Part shown: piece by piece, positions 28,202-41,649 of the stretch | How positions within the stretch are numbered: the first letter of the stretch is position 1 | Layout of the letters: each line of letters starts with the position of its first letter | Origin: Perkinsus chesapeaki ATCC PRA-425 | Lineage: Eukaryota > Protista > Perkinsozoa | Direction: 5' to 3' | NCBI GenBank assembly: GCA_013115145.1 | Contig: JAAPAO010000141.1 | Span: 508 to 64,507, forward strand | DNA length: 64,000 nt | Made by a program: the position numbers and the translations under genes | Notes under the pieces: model-generated | The model's database searches: none | Told to the model about the DNA's origin: nothing | What the model saw: only the letters and a program-made list of their open reading frames with translations

Positions 28202-31050
28202 ATGATGCGACAAAGTGAACAATTGATAGGGAATGCTCGACGGTCGGGGGGCAAGAGGTCACGCCGACGACGACCAAGTCGGTCTCGAAGTGTTGCTGGA
28301 CTTAATGATAATTCAAAAACGACGACAATGAATAGACTGGAAAAAATACAAGAACAATTGGAGTTTTATGTAAGTATCTTAGGTTGAACCATGCAAGATA
28401 CGAAATGGGTTCATTTTTTTAGTTCTCGGATGCGAATCTCCGTCGAGACCGCTATATCACTGAGGAGCTTGCACAACGAGATGTGCAAGGTGACGGTCAG
28501 CCTTGGGTGCCAATCGATGATATAATTGAATGGGGAGAGCTCAGAAAGTTAGGGTAAGAGTCACGCGCCGCAAAATTAAAAAAGTGATCCTGGTTTTTCA
28601 AGTTCGGTGGGATTTTGTGAAATTAAATTTCCGAAAAAACTAGATGTATTTTTGCAAAGAGAACCTTTAGAAAATTGCAACTTCTCGGTAGCATCATAAA
28701 TCATGTTTCAGATGCACCGATACAGAGCTACTCGCAGCTATTAATAACAGTGAAGTGCTCGAACTAAGTGAGAGAGAGTAAGCAGCATATCTTTACGCAC
28801 TGTAAAGATTTTTATGCTTTAGTGGCAAGCGCTACGTGAGCCGTAATTTCCGACTCTACCCGATGTTGGGGAACATTGTTATCGATGGGCAAGTCGCCGA
28901 TTTCGAACGGCGGACGGTTTACATGGAAAATTTGCCGTTCAATGTTAATAGGGAGATGATGAGTAAGCGAGAAGAGTTGGGGAACAATAACCCAGTGATA
29001 GATAGTTCGATCGATCGGATACTTACATAGAACTATATTTGAAATGCATTAAAATTTCCGGGCCAATTTCAAGAGAGCGGTCACTTGTTTAAGCCGGTAA
29101 TTATTGCAGTCTGGTTGCCTCCAAGGCTGGTCAACACACTTAGAGAAATTAGTCGTAGAAGATCCAGTAAAGGAGCCCGAAGCTCTGAATAAACGGATAT
29201 CTTTTCGCCGTGTTCTTTCTTCAGAAAGCGTGGCGTCCGGTGAAAAGTTCGGATTTGCTGTGACGGTTGATTATATCGCATTACCGAGTCATCCTCGAAC
29301 GGGTAGGAGAGTAATGCATGGTGCCGGGATTGAACCCGGGTGGTGGTTTTCAGGTGTCAATCTAGGGTATTGTTTTGTTGAATATAATACAGAGGAGGAA
29401 GCACGGACAGCAAAGCGACAGTTAGACGGTAAGTTTGAGGAACTAGGAAAGATATTTTTGAGGTTGGAAATATATTACCCGTATACTCGTAGGTAACGTA
29501 GGGTTTTGGAAGTATTGTGATCTACCGTATGCTATATCACTTGGTATTGTATCATCCCCATGTTATGATTTTTTACCACGTTCGGTGGGTGTTGTCTCGA
29601 ATAAAAGGCCGGCTTGGACAAAGCTACACTCATTTTCCACCGTCCCATTAGCTACGGAAATGTCTCTTGCAAAGCGTAAATGTATTGGTGATTTATTGGG
29701 TTATTTATTCGACTTTTATGGTACAAATAGATCGTTTTCCTACTGTTATTTAAACCAAGCTATGTTCGAAGCTTGTTAAACACTTTTAGACTTCATTTTT
29801 ATTTGATCAGGCAAGTGGCCTAAAGACTGGGAGATCAGATCTGACGGTCGAAGGTTGAGGGTTATTACAGGTGGAAAATTTAGATATTTGCGAGAGTTAT
29901 ATTACAAGTAAAATGCCAAGGGCGGGGATCGAACCAGGGACCTCTTGGATGTTAGGGCGAAGAATGTGAATAAGATTGATAACCACCACTCATATGCGGA
30001 TACATTCGATCCTAGCAAATGGCTTGTCCCTGACATTGACGGGTAGGCGTGGGTTCGATCCCGGCACCTGTCATTTTAATTATAGGAGATCTGAAGATAG
30101 CACTAGTACCGTTCCACCGTCTGGGCAAGTACGAGACGAAGATGGTCGGAAACGACGGAAAATGGAACCGAATGAAAGTAGGGAAAGTAGTTGCGATTGG
30201 AAGAAAATATTTTGCTCAAGTTGAATCGCCGGAGGATTCGTGCAGTTCTTCTTCTGCCCACATAACGATTAGCTCTTCCTCGACTTCAAGTGATACCGAA
30301 TCCTCATCCTCTTCATCGAGTTCGTCAAGTAGCTCATCTTCTGACACCTCTAGCTGTACCTCTTCGACCGACTCGGACACCCAATATGGTGCGGGTGTGG
30401 TGCCAAAACCACAGGATGATATTTTCAGCTATGCCGATACGGTAAGTTGGATTTTTGAAGAAGAGGAATTGTCGCCATTCTTTTTCAGAATGAGAAGATT
30501 AAACAGGAAGTCCCTTCAGTAATACGAAAGCTTTCGGTAGGTGGCACGAAATCGATCAATCGGGCGAGCGCTTTTTACACTCAGTTATTGCATGTAAGCG
30601 GATTGCCGCCGGTGAGTTTACTGCAACTTCGTCAATGGATGGGGCATAGTACAGTGACACAGCACGTCGATATACGGCCGCCGAAAGGAGGTAGGTTTGG
30701 CAGAGGTCGTGGGTTCGATCTCCGCCGAGGGTATTTTTCAGATCGCGGAGGAAATAATTGGGAAGCTTATATAAGATTGCGGAGCAAAAAAGAACGAGAC
30801 TTCGCTGCTATGGATCTGAGGTAAGAAAGATATTTCTTAGGTTAGAAAATGATCAAGTTATTGCTCAGCAACACGGGGCCTTTGTTGACTGTGAACGGCT
30901 CTGTTCGACCTGTAATTAACAAGCTTGATGGAGCGGAGTGCGCGGTATACTGGAAGGAGGTAGGAGTCAGAGGATATCTTGGGTACCTACTCGCGACGAT
31001 AGGAAATTATATATTCGACGTTCCCACTGCGCACCGCAAGGGGGACAATT
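28202..31050 (+). CDS. La-motif/RRM protein, LARP7/La-like, with Ser-rich linker and second RRM
   Basis: QEQLEFY|FSDANLRRDRYI (La motif), RRTVYMENLP and GYCFVEYNTEEEA (RRM1), a poly-Ser tract, then HVSGLPP..AYIRLRSKKERD..YWKE (second RRM). 3' end approximate. Confidence 0.8.
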
Positions 31051-31269
31051 TGTGTGATACTGTGATTCTGAGTAGTAATAAGTATTACTCCTCCTCGCCG
31101 AGTTTTTCACCGAATCATTATTGGGATATACCAATGGTGACGCGAGAATGCTAAATTTTCCGGAATTTTCCCCGTACATTTTCAGGAAGATTTATTTCTC
31201 CGCCGACATGTGGTCTGTGCACGTAACAATAATTTATCTATTCTTCCGGGTGCGCAAAGATACGTCTCA

Positions 31270-33045
31270 CAGGTGATGGCAATGAAGAAGGAGAACAGAG
31301 AGGCACCACCGGCAGCAATACCATCGAGAAGATTCAAACCGGCAAAAGAATCTGTCCACATCGTGAGTCGAACCTGCGACCTTTAGGGTGAAATGTATGG
31401 ATGTTATCTATTCAGCCATTTCCGCGGCTTACGGGCGGTCCGCGAGGAAGCGATGATGACGGTGCTGGCGGTAAGCCAACGGCGTGGACGGACGCTGCCA
31501 GCGGGAATAAGGAATGGAGGCAACCAGGAACCGGAAAGCTGTGAGTTTAAAAATGACATGTGCCGGGATTGAACCTGCGTGGCTGTTGTTTTCAGATACG
31601 GTCTTAGCCAGACAGAGCGTCGATGTGCAGCACATCTGGAAAGGGTTGGCATTCAATCGCTTGTTGATAGGATGCGGTTGCAGCAGCAGCCACCACCGAG
31701 AGGCAGGCGGAGACCAGCAGGAGGGAGCATTGCAGGTGGTGAGACAAAAACGCTGTTAACTGGGAGTGATTGGCAGCTTTGTTGGACAAACCCCTCAACA
31801 TTTTGTGGCGCGTGAGAACTACAAGTTGTGTACCATCTCGCAGCTTCGTATGCTGATGATACATTTTAAACGATATTCAGCGAACTTCAGTAGATCTGCT
31901 GATACACGGTGGTATCATACATGATTCTCGCGCGCCACGAAATGGGTAACTGCATTACTGTCAGGAAGCATTCGTACAGGGCTCTCGGCTAGGACTCAGC
32001 GTCGGAGCGGAGGGCCGGCTCGGTTTCCAGGACCGATCATGGCCTCGGGAACAGATGTGCGTCATCAAGGTGGACGATATAAACGGTGATGTGCATGCGT
32101 GCAGATTTACGTATTTCATACCGACTTTTCCTCAGACGTTTGCGGAATCATCTCGTAATGCAATTGATTCGGTCGAAAAAACCTATCCCGCCTAGTAGCA
32201 GATTTACAGCACAGGTATATGGGCGTTGAGGAAATGTAAGATTTGGTAAGATGGCAAGATTTCAGGATTATCTGGCGGCCGAGAGATCATTGACTTGGCG
32301 ACGAGCGAGGGACGGATTGTCTGGCGAACGCAAGAGAGATGATGTGAGATTGGTAAAAGTGGAAAATAGGCGATAGGGATGGCGCAGGTTCGATCCCGGG
32401 AGAAGGCATTTTTAGGAGAATCTTCTCCCAGTAAATCAGTTGTTCGTAGCCCAAATGGATATAGTCAGCAAGGAGAGGTAACGAACAAGCGACGCGGGTT
32501 CGATCCCGGCATCTCACACTTTTAGGGAGCGCTATCTGAGTCTGTGATTGGGTCTAGAAAACGAAGACAATCGTGGGAAGGTCAGCGAGGGTCCAATCGA
32601 CCGAGGAAGAGACAACGCCGCAGTGGGCAGAAGAAGAATAGTGCAAATCCGGGGTGGGATTTCACGTTAGACCGGATGGCTTCGTTATGGGAGCCTCTCA
32701 TTCATTTATGGGGACATTTATGGGGCTTGTGTCTGAAGAGAGCGCAGTTTCAAGTCTAATGTCTCGGTAGCCAGAATAAATAGCTATGTTGTGAGGATCG
32801 CGAACATTCATCGGAGTTTTCTCCCTGTGTCCGCTGACATGTACATTGTTGGAGGGTCGATATTTATTCTGACACCTCTAGCTGTTTATTTTAGACCCGC
32901 AAGATTGACTGTGGAGGCAGCAGAGGCCGGTGAAACGAGGCAGGCGACGAGAGCGAACGCTCGAACGAAGGGGAGAAGGGAGAGAAGGAAGAAGCAACAA
33001 ACAGCGATTCAGGAGGAAAAGCTGAACCGGCAACGATTGTTCTAG
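31270..33045 (+). CDS. Hypothetical Arg/Gly-rich multi-exon protein (could be an extension of the La gene)
   Basis: Protein-like exons separated by short GT-AG introns; basic C-terminal segments. Confidence 0.4.
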
Positions 33046-34163
33046 TTGTGCACTTTTTACAGTTTCTATTAATCATTATCATCATCATACTGTGTTGCTA
33101 CTTCGTTCAATAATAAAAGTAAAGTCTATTGTATATTCTACTCGACAGAGACAACTGAGCGGGGGCGAGTAGAACCTTAACTTATTTCCTATCGATAAGA
33201 GTAACAAGTTACTAGGGCAGTGTTTGCCGGTAAGGTAATTGTGATGCAAACTCAGAGCCAGTGTTAAAGAACTTGGCGAATTGGTGAAGAAATTCAGCGC
33301 CCAATAGATCCCGAAGGTCGGATGGTGTTCGACCTGTATAGTCGCTGGTGATTTCATACGACTGGAGGCCTTAGACAGGAAATGTGTTTGGAATCCTGGT
33401 TTCAGTAAACTGTGTACTCGGTCGGGTATATAGTGTTATATAGATGATTATAACGAGACCTATTGCCTACCATTTTGTTATTATCAGTTTGCTGTTAAGT
33501 GTGATTAGTACAACTACCTCTATGTAAAATGAGTAACAATACTTCTTATAATTCAAAGGCGTTCGGTTCGCATCTACAGCGTTTTAAGTGTCGTATCATC
33601 GCCTGCTTGATTGAACCAGAACTGCACCGTTTAAATACGTTGGATTGAGTTGTCTTTTGTATTGCAGGCCGCTTGAAGGAACGAGTTCTCTATAAATAGA
33701 TACTTAGTCTGTCGATGTGTTAACCAAGTCATCTTAGAATCATTTCTTACTGCTATATCACTCCTACATGTTAGTGGTTTGTCTTTAATGTTTCTGAGGG
33801 TCTGTTTCCTTCATTCTTCTTCTTCATCATCAACTGCTATGATATCCCCACTAACTCCAGTGTCGAGGGTTGGATATCGAAGGATATACAGAGGTCAGTG
33901 ATACAAGGAAGCTACTCTAGCTCCGTCAACATCTGCAGTCCCTACTTCTGATTTCATCGTCCTCCATAGCAGAGCTTCTCTTTGCTGCTCACACCTACTC
34001 TTCTCTACTGTAGTCCCACGTTGGTTTTTATACGGAAGGCCTTCCCGTATTTTGCAAACCACGCTGCCACACGTATCCTAGTTATTTGTATTTTATGCTT
34101 TCTACTCGATAGCTCTTTAGAATCCTAATCGTTCCACTATCGCGGGTATCTTCAATGTTACCA

Positions 34164-37100
34164 TGGGAAGGACTGTAGCGTTTCGTGTGTTCGCCATCCG
34201 CGCGTAGGTGTTGCCAACAATTTACTCTTTAGCATCCTCAAGATTCCAAGCCCAGATGCATCCTTCTGAAGCTCGACCGCCGAAGTTCATAATACCACCG
34301 TTCGAAGGAGACTATAAAAAAGTATATAAACATATGTGGAGGACCTTTAGGGTGAGAAGTGGGGACAAAGGGAAGTCAATCGATGCCTTGGAGCGTTTCA
34401 TTGGTAACTATTATTATGGTACATTCATGCTTATCAATACCGCCTTCCTATGCTTTATTTCTCGGAAGTTCTCCACAATTATCTTCAATTCTTGCATCCT
34501 ATAGTTTCAGGAACGTAAGAAGCTTCGTCTCGGCGTACTTTGCAATCCGCCTCATGGAGCTGCCAGTGAGCTTCCCGACCCGAAGGTGCTCAGGGATTGT
34601 AAGGCGCAGGTTCGATTCCCGGTATTGGCATTTTTAATAACAGATGAAGTGGCCCCGACATGCTATAGAGCAGCTGAGAGCCAGATTGTCGATGATGAGT
34701 TTTGGCTGCAAATGTGTGAGAGGATACGTAAAAGCAAGGACACCTTATCTGTATCGGACATTGCTGCGGTGAGTGGGGGGACACGTCCAGATGCTCCCCG
34801 AAGGGGGAGGAGGGGGACTGCATTTTTTCATTATCACATTTCCACATCAGCCATTGATGATAACATTTCTGTGAAGCCGGTGAATCACTGAATATATACC
34901 CGCTACTGTCTGGAAGAAAATTGAGAGAATTCTCGTCGAGTTTTCGCATCACAGATTTCCCTATGGCGGTGCTTATACCAACACTTACTATTTTAATAAG
35001 GGGACGACGACACTCCTTCTCACATACTGAAGCATACTTGAGCCAGGAGGAAGGCTTTACTGGAAGTGTTGTTAATCTTCGCTCTTCACTATGGCTTTCT
35101 GTTGAAAACGTTATACAATTTCCTGCTTATTTAAGTTAGTAAAGTTGACTCGTTTTATCAGATATTGGATTCGCTTGTCATGGTCAACTATCGTGACACC
35201 GATCTGATGAGGATATTAAGTCGGGAAATAATAGATGATATGTTTAAGCTCACCTTCACCGAAGCTGCAGTAATTGATAAAATCTTTATAGCGCGTAATG
35301 GCGTATCTTTCAGGTCATAGTGAATGCATATAGTACATTTAATTGTGAATCGAAACCTCTCTTGGACGCAGCAGTAAAACACTGTCATGCTTTAGCAGCA
35401 ATGAACAGGAAAGGAAATGATGTTAGAAGTTGTGCGGTGAGTTGAAGGGTAATTGGTATATACCGTATCATCATTCTCAAGTACCCGGATTCCTAAAACC
35501 ACGATAAATGGTTCGGGTCTCTTAGGTTTTACTCTCTGGTTTGGCGCGGTTCAAACCTGAGAATGCAAAGGAGTTGGTAGAAGTGATACTCTCATCAACA
35601 GCATTGAATGCAGCAGAAGGCGGTAGGTGTCGGGATCGAACCTGGGACCTTTCGATTACGAGTGCTTATCAGGCCTTACCGATCTGGCATCGATTATTTC
35701 TAGTGCGGCTCGACTGCTCACCGAGGAGGGACAAACTACTGTGAAGGACGTCGAGGAGAGCGTACTAGCTGATATAAGTAAGCATCACATGCGGGGATCG
35801 AACCAGGGACCTTCCGATTCTCAGATTCGATTCTCGATCGGATATGTCTTTCATCCCCCGAAAGCCTTTACAGTGCGGCGAGCGCTTTCCATACGTTAAC
35901 CTTATTTGATGGGATTGTTAAAGATACCCCCGAGATGATGGAAGCAGCTTCGAGAAACGTAACCAACTCGAACGCACAGCGCTTCAATTTCATCTCGATA
36001 GTTCCTGGTTGCGCTGGAGCGAGATCCGAATGCTTTACGAAGCACAGTACCCGGACCGATGCCGAAACTGCGGCTCAATAAACAAGTATAAGTTTGCGTC
36101 ATAGCGCGGTTATACTATCCTGCCAGCCGCCTGCTCGACGAGATCCTCCTGAGGGGCCGGAGGAGTTGATGAGAGTTGGGTTCAGCGCTGAGAGGGCTGA
36201 TGAGGAGGATGTGGATGGTATGAATGTTGAGCTAGAAGCTGAAAACGAAACGGAACAACAACAAGGCGAGGAGGTGAGCGGCAGCAGCTACTGTGTAGAT
36301 ATGGTATTGGAAATGAAGAGGCTTATTGCACCATTGGAGAGTCACTCTTTCAGTCGGTGAACGAATCATCGGAATATTCGCCTTCGTTGAACTATTACCT
36401 AGAGAACCTCATTATAGTAACAATAGCACTCGAGTACTATGACGAAATTATGTTATGAAACAATTATAGAACGCCACAGGACAGCTCATCCAGCAGGCTC
36501 CAGTTACTACGTACTCCTCGAAGTGTAATTCAGGTTGTAGTTGAGGGCATGTCCGTCCTTGATGCCACATCGACAATGGGCCTTGGACAGGAGGATGAAG
36601 AAGAAGTTAAAGATGATGATATTATACTACATAAACTCCAACGAGAACGTAGCTTTGGTGAAAGGAAATACTTTATAACATCACGAGCAGGCACGCCTCA
36701 TTTAACTAATAAAAATAAACCAACCGCACCGATAGAATCGATTGCTGCTCGAAACAGAGTAGCTTCGGTTGTTGCAATTGCAGTTGGTAGTCTCGGTCGG
36801 ATCTGGACCCAACTGAATAAGGACATTGAAGATCCAGACGAAAGCAAGAAAGAGGATGAGGTGATGGGTGAGTTTTCCAGGCAACTCTCGAAAGCTTCTA
36901 ACTTTACTGTTTTCAGTGCCTCAGCGATTGGTGACGCCAGTTGAGACCGAGATGCTTGCGAAGTCTGAAGAAATTATAGCCTTTGGTTGCCCGGGGCTCA
37001 CTTCGGCACAATTAGTGAACTGTTTTGAAACGTAAAAAGACAAAGTGTTTTTAGCTGCTGCCGTTTATTGCTGATTAGGTTAGCACTGCACACGCCACAC

Positions 37101-37280
37101 AAAACTCATCATCGAGTGCTAAATGCGATAAGCAATGAACTCGTGAGGAAATGGATACATTTGACGGCGGAGGAAATACGAAGACTAGAAAAAGGAATTG
37201 AAGCTTCCAAGCTGAGGAATCAACAATTATCATTCATGTTGAGAATGCATTCTAATAGACGTAAAATAGCAATGCCATGA
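34164..37280 (+). CDS. Helical-repeat (HPR/RAP-like) protein; may be two genes
   Basis: DDEFWLQMCERIRKSKDTLSVSDIAA resembles HPR repeats. Many short introns; last exon ends ..RRKIAMP*. Confidence 0.45.
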
Positions 37281-38133
37281 TAATGATGTTGTTGGTCCAA
37301 GAAATGTTTCTGATATCATCTGATTTGATTTCTTCATTGAAGAGTTGAGAATTGTATCAAACGAATCCGATGCCGAACCGATAGATGCCATCAAACAATA
37401 CAACACACCATCAACAATATTATAATTAGTAGTGTAGCAAAAATATATTATTGAGAGTATAACCACATTACAAATTGAGTCTATTATTGCATACATCTCA
37501 AGAAGCTTCTAGCACCTATCACGAAATATAACGAGGCATTGACATCGCCATAGGTAATTGAATAATGAATATGGTTTATAATCGTTAAAAGTCCATTTCA
37601 TCAAGTATTGTTACGGTACATAGAGTTAACCGAAACACATAATAAAAAGGAACAATGCTCATATGGAACAGCAAGGACAATAGTAATCCTGAAATCTGGC
37701 CTCATGCTGCTGTCAAATGAGCTTTCGGTGCTGAACCCTTCTGGACACAACGCATTCGACTATTGCCAAAGGAGCTGTAATAGATAACATAAATCGGACA
37801 AGAGAAAGTGTGTCAAAGCAACGATACAACCATACAATGTTGACGATACAATTTCCCTAGGGAGTGTTATCAAAGCGGATTATTACACCAATCAAGCAAT
37901 GACGAGCTATCCCACTGCCAGACCTGTTCTATGACCAATTATAACAGCTATACAGGAGTAAATAGTGTACTTGATAGAAATACAAAGATTAAAGCTATAG
38001 CCTATTATTATAACTGATGATAACACAAGATATTATAAAGCAAGAGGATATCGCTTTCTAACCAACAGAGACAATTAACCATCATCAAACTGCTGTAGCT
38101 ATTCCAACGCCAAAGCAAGCATCATCCCAGCGC

Positions 38134-38342
38134 TTATCGGTACCTATTAATAACAATAGTAATACACACTTTTGAGAATAATATTACTTGTGGAAACCAA
38201 TATCGTTGGCCTTCTCCCTGAAGCACTGACGGCACATCATGAGACCGTACTTACGGATAAGACCGTGCTGGTTGGAGCATACACGGCATTGACGAGAGCC
38301 AGGGCCGTAGTTACGGGGGCGAGTCATGTAGAGATCCGGCAT
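38134..38342 (-). CDS. RPS29: 40S ribosomal protein S29 (uS14)
   Basis: [52 protein letters not shown]|YR* with one intron near the 3' end. Confidence 0.97.
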
Positions 38343-38649
38343 AGTGATGGTAGTTGGCTAGCGAACTCTCTGATACAGCAATAAATAAGTCGATAACCTA
38401 CTATGTATCGAGCAAGCCTCAACCTCAGATACCACCTCCCCTTGACCTTCCCGATGTTCGAATACCATGCCCTATTCCCTCCCAAAGCTCCAACGCACCG
38501 ACGATCACCCGAGAGGCCTTCGAGCACGCCCTAGATGGAGCCAATCGATCGCGCTATAGCGGCAGAATTCTCGCTGAGTAAATGCAAGATTACAAGATTT
38601 GTAGGCTCACCATGTGATCAATTCGGCGCATGACGATTCTTGTTGTTGA

Positions 38650-40491
38650 ATGACCACTCCTTCATCTCGGTCTGTTATTGAGGACCTTCATCGTTCCCGA
38701 GGAAGGAGCTTTAATCGGCATAGGAATACCGAAAGGAGGCCGGTGAGTAGCTGCAGGAGTACCTATAACTAGGGAGATGCAAAAGCCGCCCCGAATTCCC
38801 TTAAAATGACGAGGGCTTGAGAGTGTCCAGTCTTATATGAAGTATTTTGTTATTAGAGTGCGAATCGTGGGGAGTTCCGCAGTGGCCCGGCTGATGTATT
38901 ACCACATGATGGGGAGCGAATGATGTAATAAATATAAATATAATAATATAATAGTCATTAATAGGGAACTGCCAGCTTATCGGCGAAGGAGAGCTGGAGG
39001 CAGGAATGTCTATTGTAATTCTGTATTAAGGGTTAATGTGTTATCGCTGTATTAGTGTATCCACAACCGGAGGCTTATGGTCGAGTGGCTGCTGCTTGTA
39101 TCGGCGAATTTATAGATTTAGAGGAAATAAAAACTGGGTGGAACATAGTTAAAAACGGAGACAGAGATAGTTGTAGGGAGTATCTCAGCTTGAATCGTGC
39201 AAGATACAGAATCGCTCAGATAAGGGTCCTGCTGCTGGACTTGTCGGTGGAGATCTGATCTCAGACGCAGTGTCAATCGAGAAGAAAGTGATGCAATAGC
39301 TTTGTCACGCGCCTAATAATTCCTCAGGTGCTCTACTTGACCGTTTGCGCCAATAACCTCGATTGTTATCTATTCTCATTTGGATGTGTAGTAGTCTGGG
39401 GAGCATCGGATAATCAAGTAAAACAACCCTCACTGGGATTAGAACCCACGGCCTTTTGCAGGTCGGCACGATACTTGACCTCGTTAAGCCATTAGTCCGT
39501 AAACCTCTAGCTCACCCGGAGCAAGACTTCATGCGTTACACCACTGAGGTGAGCCGAATTCCCTTTTCATAACATTAAAATTTGGTCAGCCTCCTGCAAG
39601 TGAAGACAACAATTCCGACACCCCTGGCGCAGCTGCTGCTGCTGGTCATCACCCATCTCGTCGTCCAATAGCACATGATAATATACGATTATCAGCATCG
39701 GGAGGCTGGAGGTTATAACACTCTCGAACATTTAGATAAACTATATTTCAGTTCTCTTATGGAGCGGCTGGCCCATAGCTACTCGTTGGCACAGAGTGTA
39801 CGTGTTGATTCCTTCGAGACCATGTTAGATGGCGCCATTGAAAGTAGTAATGACAAATATAACATATTATTGAAGGATAGGGACAACTGATGTACCCGAA
39901 AGAATGACACGTACAGGAACGGTTGGAATAAAAAAGAAAGAAGTTGCAAGACGAGTAAATATAAAACGACAATTCATGATAAATATTTTTAACTATTCAG
40001 ATGGGAAATTTATTTGTGCAAAGATGCGATTTGAACGTCTACAGTGATATACTTGGCACACCTGATGTGTTTTGGTGAGGGCAACAACCGGATAGGAAGG
40101 ATTGAGGAAAGGCAGGTTTTGGTAGGGACTTCGATGAATATGAAACTGTTTATGACAAATCAAGACGATATATGGACATCAACAGACGGGTGGAGATACT
40201 GAATCAGGTTAGTACAAGAATTCTTGCGGATAACCTCCTATCACCAATGAACTCAAGGGTTAAGCCAGTACACATTATATTACCATCTTATTAGCGTATG
40301 GAAGTACTGAACGATATGTATACGATGATTCAAGAGGAGCTACACGTCGCTCACGGTAACAAGCTCGAGGTGATGATGATGATGAGACTGTTTCATTTAT
40401 TCTTATTCAGATTTGGGTCATCTGGCTCGTCGCTGTTGATGCTATTGTAATCGGCTTGGAACTGTTTCTCACGTATTGGCGCGAATTCTAA
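38650..40491 (+). CDS. RMD1/RMND1-like DUF155 protein
   Basis: FGCVVVWG, LAHSYSLAQSVRVDSFE, DINRRVEILNQ and a C-terminal HGNKLE|..IWLVAVDAIV helix. Start codon inferred. Confidence 0.8.
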
Positions 40492-41649
40492 TCATTTTAT
40501 CAAATAATGTTTGTTTAGTTTATAAAACACAAAACATGAAATTTACGCAAATACCAACTGGAGCGACTTGCCAACATGTTCACGTGAATTCAGACTTCTC
40601 ATAAATCTAAGACGACATCAATAACAACAACTTTAAGGACTTTCTTACCACAACATCGCCCTTGGTTTCGGATGACTTGAGCTGTTTCTCCGGTTCTGGA
40701 CCTTCGGGATCGGGGACTAATAATGTGTATCGATATTGATCAACATGAAATAATTTGCTTACATTCTTCCTCTTGGCCTTCACCTTGTTCACCCCCCAAG
40801 GCGCCAGCCGTCCCTGGCTCAGCTACTTTTTGACCTAAGGTCGATGACATGTTAATTTTGTAACGCCCAAAAGTTGATCATGCATTCGGTCTTACCCGGG
40901 AAAAGCTTTTTGGCACTGTTGATGCCAGAAGCTATTTTATTAATAAATAACGACCCAGGAACAGATAGCTGAATTAAACTTGAACCTGAATAATCATGTA
41001 TAGGACAACGAGCAATGTGCGTACCATTAGTCTGCGGGGGAGGATCCCAATATTCTTCGGGGTGATCTTTTCCATCATCAACGGGACCTAATTTCGCCCA
41101 ATATATTCAAAAATGTTTGGTTTATTATCTTACCGTTGGTTATTAAGGTATTTATCCTGATGGCATCAACCATAAGTGATAGTAGTGCAATGTAATAGAT
41201 TGGTGACATTTATACAGTAATAGCTAATTGAGTAGTATCATATTAATACTTCTAAGCTTGTTCCCTAAACATCGCCAAGCCGATCGTAATGATATCTGCC
41301 AATTTGGGCGAGCGCCGCTCATAATGAGTTCTCTGGGCGCGCGCTTTTTACGTCAACTGAAAATAGAATGATTCTCGCTCGCCCAATGTTTTGTATGTGG
41401 TTGCTGGAGTACAGTAACTTGGGCAGGTTGAGGGTGTGTGGCCACATGGGAAATAGTAAGATACACCCGCGAGGAAGCGAGATGCACGAATTTACTTGAT
41501 AAAACTCAAGAATAGAAATATAAAAAGGATATTGATAATTATGACGATGAGAGATCGATGTTCTCCACGTATATAGCATCACGAGTCCCGATCTGAAAGG
41601 AAATGGAAAGTAAGGATCACTGCTAAGTTGGGTACCGGCTCCTCTTGTA

